DNA of 38,785 nt from an uncultured archaeon (GTDB lineage Archaea; Iainarchaeota; Iainarchaeia; Iainarchaeales; GW2011-AR10), in NCBI GenBank assembly GCA_964362395.1, contig CAYIER010000002.1:1-38785 (forward strand). The letters run 5' to 3'. Under the pieces are notes generated by a model. The model ran no database searches, had not been told where the DNA came from, and saw only the letters and a list, made by a program, of their open reading frames with translations. Position numbers and translations under genes: made by a program. Positions 33,950-38,785 of the stretch are shown here, one piece after another. Every line of letters begins with the position of its first letter. The first letter of the stretch is position 1.

Positions 33950-34042
33950 TATAGCAAACTGCATTTGTTTTTGAACTATTGAGACAGTTTGCTATATGCA
34001 AAAAGCAATTAATTTGTTCAATTATCTATGCTCTTTGCTATA
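33950..34042 (+). repeat. 93-nt double-hairpin repeat, copy 3 (diverged, ~80% identical, same length)
   Basis: Shares the termini tatagcaaactg...ctctttgctata and both stems. Differences are concentrated in the loops. Confidence 0.8.
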
Positions 34043-34208
34043 TATAATTTCACACAAAAGGGCTCAAAACGCAAATTTTACAGACTGGCATTCAAATCAA
34101 TTGTTTCAAAAAAACGTTTCAACGGCGAAGGCAACCATTATTTTGAGCTATCAATCAATTCAATACCAGATATTGCCAAAATCGTAAATTTACCAAGATT
34201 ATTTTGAA

Positions 34209-34415
34209 ATGCCTATTGGGCAGGAAAAAACAATCAGTGAAAATTATGGCGGCATCTCCACAGTTGAACTCAAAAAAGGCATTCTTCAAAGCCGCTATGG
34301 CCTTGGAACAATTATTTTAACCAAAGGGGAAAACGCAATCTGGGTGATGAATATAGAGCGGTCGGACGAGGCATTCCTGAAAGTGAAGGAACTTGTTGAA
34401 AAAGCAAAGCACTAA
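34209..34415 (+). CDS. Small bacterial-PH-like (bPH/YdbS-type) domain protein
   Basis: ...RYGLGTIILTKGENAIWVMNIERSDEAFLKVKELV resembles the C-terminal strands and helix of bPH domains. Confidence 0.4.
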   Translation: MPIGQEKTISENYGGISTVELKKGILQSRYGLGTIILTKGENAIWVMNIERSDEAFLKVKELVEKAKH

Positions 34416-34503
34416 TTATGTTCAACAATTTCTTTCAATTTGGCTGCAAGCCTGTTAATATTTAATTCACTGAAAAAATCGAGATTTTCTGATTTGTCGT
34501 CCT

Positions 34504-34851
34504 TTAATCGCAAGGTAATCCTGCCAATAACCAACGGATGTGAGCCCGCAAAATTGTTTTTTTTAAAGATCTTATTTCATTAAATGGGATCTTGATTTTT
34601 TTCAGGAAAAAAATTTTTGAAATTTCAATCCGTGAACCGTTAATTGAATACCTTGAATAGCTCAAAACAACCCAGAGGACAATAAAAATGAACAACACGC
34701 CAAGCAGGGTTAAATTTTCCAGCAAAAAATCATATTTGGCCAAATAAAGCCCAACGCCATAAAATGCGGCATACAAAATTAAAATTACCGCAAAAAACGT
34801 GGTTTGCAATTTGTCCCACGAATAAACAACAAACTTTTCCATTTTGCTCAC
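34504..34851 (-). CDS. Membrane-anchored bPH-like protein; the reading frame appears broken at an A8 run and continues in another frame to 34412
   Basis: Two TM helices, then ...KIKIPFNEIRSLKK. After the homopolymer at 34557-34564 the alternative frame reads NNFAGSHPLVIGRITLRLKDDKSENLDFFSELNINRLAAKLKEIVEHN-stop. Confidence 0.5.
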   Translation of the reverse strand: MSKMEKFVVYSWDKLQTTFFAVILILYAAFYGVGLYLAKYDFLLENLTLLGVLFIFIVLWVVLSYSRYSINGSRIEISKIFFLKKIKIPFNEIRSLKKTILRAHIRWLLAGLPCD

Positions 34852-35023
34852 AGCCTGCCGTCAAATGCAGATTATAGCAAACCAAAAAAATAATTCCAAA
34901 AATTTTCATGGTTCCTTGCAAAATGCATGCATTTTGCGATGCCTCGCAGAGTTTCACTCTGCAAGGTGCTATCTATCAAACCACAAAATAAATGTAAAAT
35001 TTTATGTGGTTTGATATAATGCC

Positions 35024-35410
35024 TTAAAAATCAACCAGTTGTAGGTTGTCAATTTTTCCAAAATGCTTTTTATTCAAGGTAAAAAGCTTCTCGTTTTTTG
35101 CCAGGCAAATCCCTGCAATTGTTTCGTCATATTTTCCTATGGGGGTCCCTTTCTTCTTTTGCATTGCTTTTACTTGTACAACGTTGCTTAATTCCATTGA
35201 AGTGTAATCATAGATTTTAAATTTTTGCAGCATGAGTTTGCCTTTGTTGATAGAATCTTCCGTTGAAAAATATAGTCCGACTAAAAATTCTTCCGCATTC
35301 AAAATCGTGGTTGCAAGAGAATCAAATGTTTCAAGCCACTTGATTTTTTCAATTATTTTTTCATTGCCTTTGGAGAATGCAATTAAAACATCGGTGTCTA
35401 TGACAACCAT
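35024..35410 (-). CDS. vapC: PIN-domain toxin VapC
   Basis: VVIDTDVLI start, then conserved acidic positions (..NAEEF.., ..YDETIA..) and LFTLNKKHF. Overlaps the upstream antitoxin gene. Confidence 0.85.
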   Translation of the reverse strand: MVVIDTDVLIAFSKGNEKIIEKIKWLETFDSLATTILNAEEFLVGLYFSTEDSINKGKLMLQKFKIYDYTSMELSNVVQVKAMQKKKGTPIGKYDETIAGICLAKNEKLFTLNKKHFGKIDNLQLVDF

Positions 35411-35646
35411 AATTTATCAAGCCTTTTATCCCTTAATTTGTCAAGTTTATCTGTTTTTTTCCTGTAGCCTGTAATTGCATTTTCAACTTTTTTTGCTTCC
35501 CTTTCGGATAAAAAGCCTGCAAATTCCAAAATGCTTGTTTTCTCCTTGTCCGCAAGCCGCTCAAACAGGTCAGAAAAACTTTCTTCAGTTTTTTTTACTT
35601 TAACCAATTTATTATAAACTGTGTCTTTTATAGTCAGTGTTTTCAT
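35398..35646 (-). CDS. vapB: VapB-type antitoxin (archaeal UPF0330/COG1753-like)
   Basis: MKTLTIKDTVYNKLVKVKKTEESFSDLFERL pattern. 13-nt overlap with vapC. Confidence 0.75.
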   Translation of the reverse strand: MKTLTIKDTVYNKLVKVKKTEESFSDLFERLADKEKTSILEFAGFLSEREAKKVENAITGYRKKTDKLDKLRDKRLDKLWLS

Positions 35647-35744
35647 ATTTTTTCACAAAAACATCTGCCCATAAATGTATTTAAACATAATGTTTAAACA
35701 TTTCTCATTTTTTATAGTAATGCATGATTATTTGGCATATTGCC

Positions 35745-35875
35745 GCACCATAGAAGATGGTGCACGTATGCGTTGTAAACCAACCGCGAAATCGGTTGAC
35801 GCTTTAGTGTCCTCTTCGAGGACAGTCCCGCTGCAAGCGGGACAAATTCGTCGCCAGAATTTGCTGGCGGGCGCA
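35745..35875. repeat. Mosaic hairpin element, copy J (between archease and vapB); collinear with copy A
   Basis: Hairpins: gcaccat-agaag-atggtgc, caaccg-cgaaat-cggttg, gtcctc-ttc-gaggac, gtcccgc-tgcaa-gcgggac, aaattc-gtcgcca-gaattt (alternative fold cgccag-aatttg-ctggcg). Confidence 0.8.
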
Positions 35876-35884
35876 AAAGTTTTT

Positions 35885-36310
35885 TTAAACATCAATCACA
35901 ACAGTTGCCTTAAATTTTCCTTTCAGTTTTTCAATTTTAAACAAATGCTTTGTGGCCGCCTTGACATCGCTTCGAAGTCGCTTGTCAGGATACTTTATAT
36001 GCTCTCCAAAACATTTTGCACTTAACCCAAACTCTTTTTCTTTTTTTATTTTTGTTTCAAAGCGCGAAAACACAATTTCCTGCACGTCTTTCACAAAAAC
36101 AAGCTCTGACAGCCAGCCAAAAAGCAGTTCTTCAAGCGTTGCGGCAGATAGCCGGATTTCCACCTTGGTTTTTGGCCCGATTTTTTTTGTGTCAGCCATT
36201 ATCTCAAAAAGTGCTTCCGCGGCGTTCTCAAACAGCTCTTCCACTGTTTTCCCGTAAGCCTCAAATGCCGACTCAGCAATTGCCGTGTCCTCCAAAAATA
36301 GGTACTTCAT
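35885..36310 (-). CDS. Archease (RtcB activator)
   Basis: YLFLEDTAIAESAFEAYGKTVEELFENAAEALF start and VKAATKHLFKIE....KATVVIDV C-terminus. Confidence 0.9.
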   Translation of the reverse strand: MKYLFLEDTAIAESAFEAYGKTVEELFENAAEALFEIMADTKKIGPKTKVEIRLSAATLEELLFGWLSELVFVKDVQEIVFSRFETKIKKEKEFGLSAKCFGEHIKYPDKRLRSDVKAATKHLFKIEKLKGKFKATVVIDV

Positions 36311-36371
36311 CCAAAAACAAGTTTGGTCAAAAAGTATTTAAACAAGTAAAAACATTAATTTATAGACTTTT

Positions 36372-36815
36372 ATGTTAAGCAAACCGTTGCAGGCGGCAAT
36401 GATTTTTGGAATAGTAATCGTCTCTTTTGCAGCCCTATTGGGGCAGGCGGGGAACTTTTTTTCAAAAGCACAGGGAGCACAAAAAATCACTGGAACAATT
36501 GTTTTGGTTGATGATTTTAAATTTGTGACTGATGGTGGAGCGAAATTTGGTCAAACTTTTGTCAAAAGCACTGTTGCACTGCCGGGCACTTCCTGTAGTG
36601 TAATGGTTGCCGGCTGTTGTGCCAATTTCGGGGGAGGAGCATCATTTAATACAAGTCTATACATAGGCTCCAACAATTTTCCAGGGACTCTAGGCCAACT
36701 GTGCAACTCAGGAAATGCAACCCTTGCTGGCAGTTCAACTTATGAAGTAGGCATGAATTGTGCTTCCATAGATGCAATCAGCAATTTGTCGGTTTCCTAT
36801 TCATGCACCATATAA
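36372..36815 (+). CDS. Small secreted/anchored Cys-rich protein with a pilin-like (class III-type) N-terminus
   Basis: MLSKPLQAAMIFGIVIVSFAALL hydrophobic N-terminus. The Gly/Ser/Asn-rich C-terminal part has 7 Cys. Confidence 0.45.
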   Translation: MLSKPLQAAMIFGIVIVSFAALLGQAGNFFSKAQGAQKITGTIVLVDDFKFVTDGGAKFGQTFVKSTVALPGTSCSVMVAGCCANFGGGASFNTSLYIGSNNFPGTLGQLCNSGNATLAGSSTYEVGMNCASIDAISNLSVSYSCTI

Positions 36816-36831
36816 AAAAAACGATGCCTAA

Positions 36832-37029
36832 AAAATTTTCAAAGAATACCCTTTCACCGTTTTTGTAAAAAATGGCGAAGCCAATCTCCCAAAAGACAGC
36901 ATGGTTTTGCTGAACCAAATAAGGACAATTTCAATCAACGACAGGGCAGTGCAAAAAATTGGTTCAGTAAATTTTCAAACAATGGAAAAAGTTGATGGGG
37001 TAATCAAAATAAGCCTTGCATTAAAATGA
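36832..37029 (+). pseudogene. MazF/PemK-family toxin remnant (C-terminal ~65 aa, no start codon)
   Basis: Own translation: KIFKEYPFTVFVKNGEANLPKDSMVLLNQIRTISINDRAVQKIGSVNFQTMEKVDGVIKISLALK-stop. Resembles the C-terminal ..S.v..dQiRtid..R....iG pattern. A stop lies immediately upstream at 36829. Confidence 0.55.
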
Positions 37030-37033
37030 ATTG

Positions 37034-37342
37034 TCATTCTCGCAGTTCCATTTCCACATGAACGTTTTCCGGCACGTCAACGCGAAGAATCCGCCTTAGC
37101 GTTCGCTCGTCGCTTTCAATGTCAATCAGCCTTTTATGTATCCGCATCTGCCACTTTTCGTAGGATTCGGTTCCGCCGCCGCAGGGGGCTTTGCGTGTGG
37201 GGATAATGAGTTTTTTTGTGGGCAAGGGTATTTTTCCAGAGTGCTTTACGCCTGTTTTTTTTGCAACGTCAATTATTTGGTCGCAGATTTCCTCCAGCCG
37301 ATTGTAATCGGTGCTGGTCAGTTTTATCCTTGCCTTTTGCAT
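37034..37342 (-). CDS. rps10: 30S ribosomal protein S10
   Basis: MQKARIKLTSTDYNRLEEIC......A...G....G.IPLPTK motif. The ORF-track TTG start at 37372 runs into hairpin element K. Confidence 0.95.
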   Translation of the reverse strand: MQKARIKLTSTDYNRLEEICDQIIDVAKKTGVKHSGKIPLPTKKLIIPTRKAPCGGGTESYEKWQMRIHKRLIDIESDERTLRRILRVDVPENVHVEMELRE

Positions 37343-37366
37343 TTCCCAAAACCCTTGCGTGAGTTT

Positions 37367-37449
37367 TAACAAATTGGCAAAAGAAATCCCATAAATTATT
37401 CACTTGCCAATTTGTTACGCCGCATATATGCCCCGCCTGAAGGCGAGAC
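37367..37449. repeat. Mosaic hairpin element, copy K (between EF-1alpha and S10)
   Basis: Long hairpin taacaaattggcaa-N23-ttgccaatttgtta (14 bp perfect), then gccccgcc-tgaa-ggcgagac. Confidence 0.8.
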
Positions 37450-37518
37450 AATAATACCCCAATATATTATAATGGAATAAAAAAAATTTTTGGGAAAAAA
37501 CCCAAAATAGTAACAGCA

Positions 37519-38785
37519 CTACTTTGGAGTCACTGAAAGAACTATTCCTGCGGCGACTGTTTGCCCCATGTCCCTGATTGCAAACCTTCCAAGCTGGGGA
37601 AACTTTTTGTATTCTTCCACAACTACGGGCTTCATTGGCACGACTTTAATTATTGCCGCGTCCCCGGTTTTCAGGAACTTTGGGTTTTCTTCTTTTACTG
37701 TCCCGGTTTTTGGGTCAAGCTTTTTCTGGATTTCCGTGATTGCACAGCTCAATTGTGCCGTGTGCATGTGAAAAACCGGAGTGTAATTTATCGGGATTGC
37801 TGTCGGGTGGTTTAGTACGACAATCTGTGCAATGAATTCTTTTGCAACCGTCGGCGGGTTTGAAATCGGCCCAATGACGTCTCCTCGTGCAATTTCTTCT
37901 TTTGTGACCCCCCTTAGGTTGAACCCGACATTGTCGCCTGGCCTTGCTTCCGTTAACTGTTCGTGGTGTGCCTCAATTGACTTGATTTCTGCGGTTTTAT
38001 TTGGGGGCATTATGATTACCTTGTCGCCTGGCCGAAGTATTCCTGTCTCAACGCGGCCGACCGGCACACATCCGACTCCCTTGATGTTGTAAACGTCCTG
38101 TATCGGCAGCCTTAATGGCTTGTCTGTCGGGATTTCCGGTGCCTTTAATTTGTCAAGCGCTTCAATCAGGATTGGCCCAGTATACCATGCCATGTTCTGG
38201 GATTTTTTTGCAACGTTGTCGCCAACCCATCCGCTGATTGGGATAAATGTGACCTGCTCGTCAACCTTGTAGCCGATTCCTTTTAACAGTTTTACCATTT
38301 CGTCCTTGACTGCATTGTATGCAGACTGCTCGTATTTCATTTCGTCCATTTTGTTTATTGCAACAACGAGCTGTTTTAACCCCATGACCTGTGCAAGAAA
38401 AGCGTGCTCTTTTGTCTGCGGCTGGATTCCTTCCTTTGCGGCAACAACCAAAACTGCTGCGTCTGCCTGGCTGGTTCCCGTAATCATGTTTTTGACAAAG
38501 TCCCTGTGTCCCGGGGCATCAATTATTGTGAAAGTGTTTTTTTGGCCGTTGAATTTTTTGTATGCAACGTCGATTGTGACTCCCCTTTCCCTTTCTTCCT
38601 TGAGGTTGTCCATTACGTAAGCGAATGCAAAAGTTCCTTTTCCCCTTGATTCGGCTTCCTGCTTTAGTTTCCTGTAATCCTGTTCCGCCAAAGCCCCGGT
38701 GTCGTAAAGCAACCGCCCGACTAGTGTTGACTTGCCGTGGTCGACGTGACCAATGAAAACCAAATTCAAGTGTGGTTTAACTGCC
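37519..38785 (-). CDS. tuf: Translation elongation factor EF-1alpha (5' end beyond the window edge)
   Basis: ..[32 protein letters not shown] and NKMD motifs. The frame stays open through nt 38785. Confidence 0.95.
   Translation of the reverse strand, partial: AVKPHLNLVFIGHVDHGKSTLVGRLLYDTGALAEQDYRKLKQEAESRGKGTFAFAYVMDNLKEERERGVTIDVAYKKFNGQKNTFTIIDAPGHRDFVKNMITGTSQADAAVLVVAAKEGIQPQTKEHAFLAQVMGLKQLVVAINKMDEMKYEQSAYNAVKDEMVKLLKGIGYKVDEQVTFIPISGWVGDNVAKKSQNMAWYTGPILIEALDKLKAPEIPTDKPLRLPIQDVYNIKGVGCVPVGRVETGILRPGDKVIIMPPNKTAEIKSIEAHHEQLTEARPGDNVGFNLRGVTKEEIARGDVIGPISNPPTVAKEFIAQIVVLNHPTAIPINYTPVFHMHTAQLSCAITEIQKKLDPKTGTVKEENPKFLKTGDAAIIKVVPMKPVVVEEYKKFPQLGRFAIRDMGQTVAAGIVLSVTPK

Noticed and set aside
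33996-34187. 63-aa ORF downstream of RtcB on the plus strand
   Set aside because: It starts inside 93-nt repeat copy 3, has no motif and has an odd composition. It is probably untranslated leader or intergenic sequence.
37343-37372. TTG start extending S10 by 10 codons (MLKLTQGFWE)
   Set aside because: The extension runs into hairpin element K. Canonical S10 N-termini begin at MQKARI.., so ATG 37342 is preferred.
2136-37449. Hairpin repeats as a CRISPR array, split tRNA halves or C/D box sRNAs
   Set aside because: There is no regular repeat-spacer periodicity, and copies are tens of kb apart. The stems and loops do not fit T-arm/acceptor geometry; the ttcgaa in copy H is a 5-nt loop on a 7-bp stem. 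I could not find C (RUGAUGA) or D (CUGA) boxes in the proper arrangement.
2136-37449. Hairpin elements as small self-cleaving ribozymes (hammerhead/twister/HDV-like)
   Set aside because: I could not find conserved catalytic core sequences (e.g. CUGANGA...GAAA) in either strand of any copy. This was checked by eye only.

Overview
The window is an archaeal chromosome segment with AT-leaning composition. Its reduced gene content looks DPANN-like, but that is an inference. Nearly all conserved genes are on the minus strand and encode translation or transcription machinery:
- aIF5B N-terminus carrying a P-loop intein, dUTPase and NDK
- the L24e-S28e-L7Ae cluster and GluRS
- S2-RpoN-S9-L13-L18e, followed by an intron-containing tRNA-Leu(UAA)
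- RpoD-S11-S4-S13-L14e-L34e and a DUF106/YidC-like insertase
- SecY and the complete spc/S10-type ribosomal protein cluster, L15 through L3, including an unlisted 50-aa S14
- RtcB, archease, S10 and a 5'-truncated EF-1alpha at the right edge

Accessory DNA lies at about 5.0-7.6 kb and 28.2-37.0 kb:
- 5.0-7.6 kb holds an RHH plus PIN-like pair, a frameshifted nucleotidyltransferase and a TrmB regulator.
- 28.2-37.0 kb holds an AT-rich two-ORF island, a 606-aa surface protein, a wHTH protein, bPH-domain genes, VapBC, a pilin-like Cys-rich protein and a MazF remnant.

The most unusual signal is non-coding. At least 11 copies of a mosaic family of short hairpin modules sit between genes, including inside normally tightly coupled ribosomal-protein junctions.
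- Three insertions are flanked by 17-32 nt direct duplications of the upstream gene's 3' end.
- The stems show compensatory changes across copies.
- Stem mismatches are strongly strand-biased, consistent with G-U pairs in minus-strand RNA.

A second family is a 93-nt double-hairpin repeat present in 3 copies, two of them 92/93 identical and 25 kb apart. Each copy precedes a plus-strand ORF.

The first ~190 nt are GC-rich and break the intein reading frame, which suggests a chimeric join or foreign DNA. All calls come from reading the sequence and the ORF translations. No searches were run.
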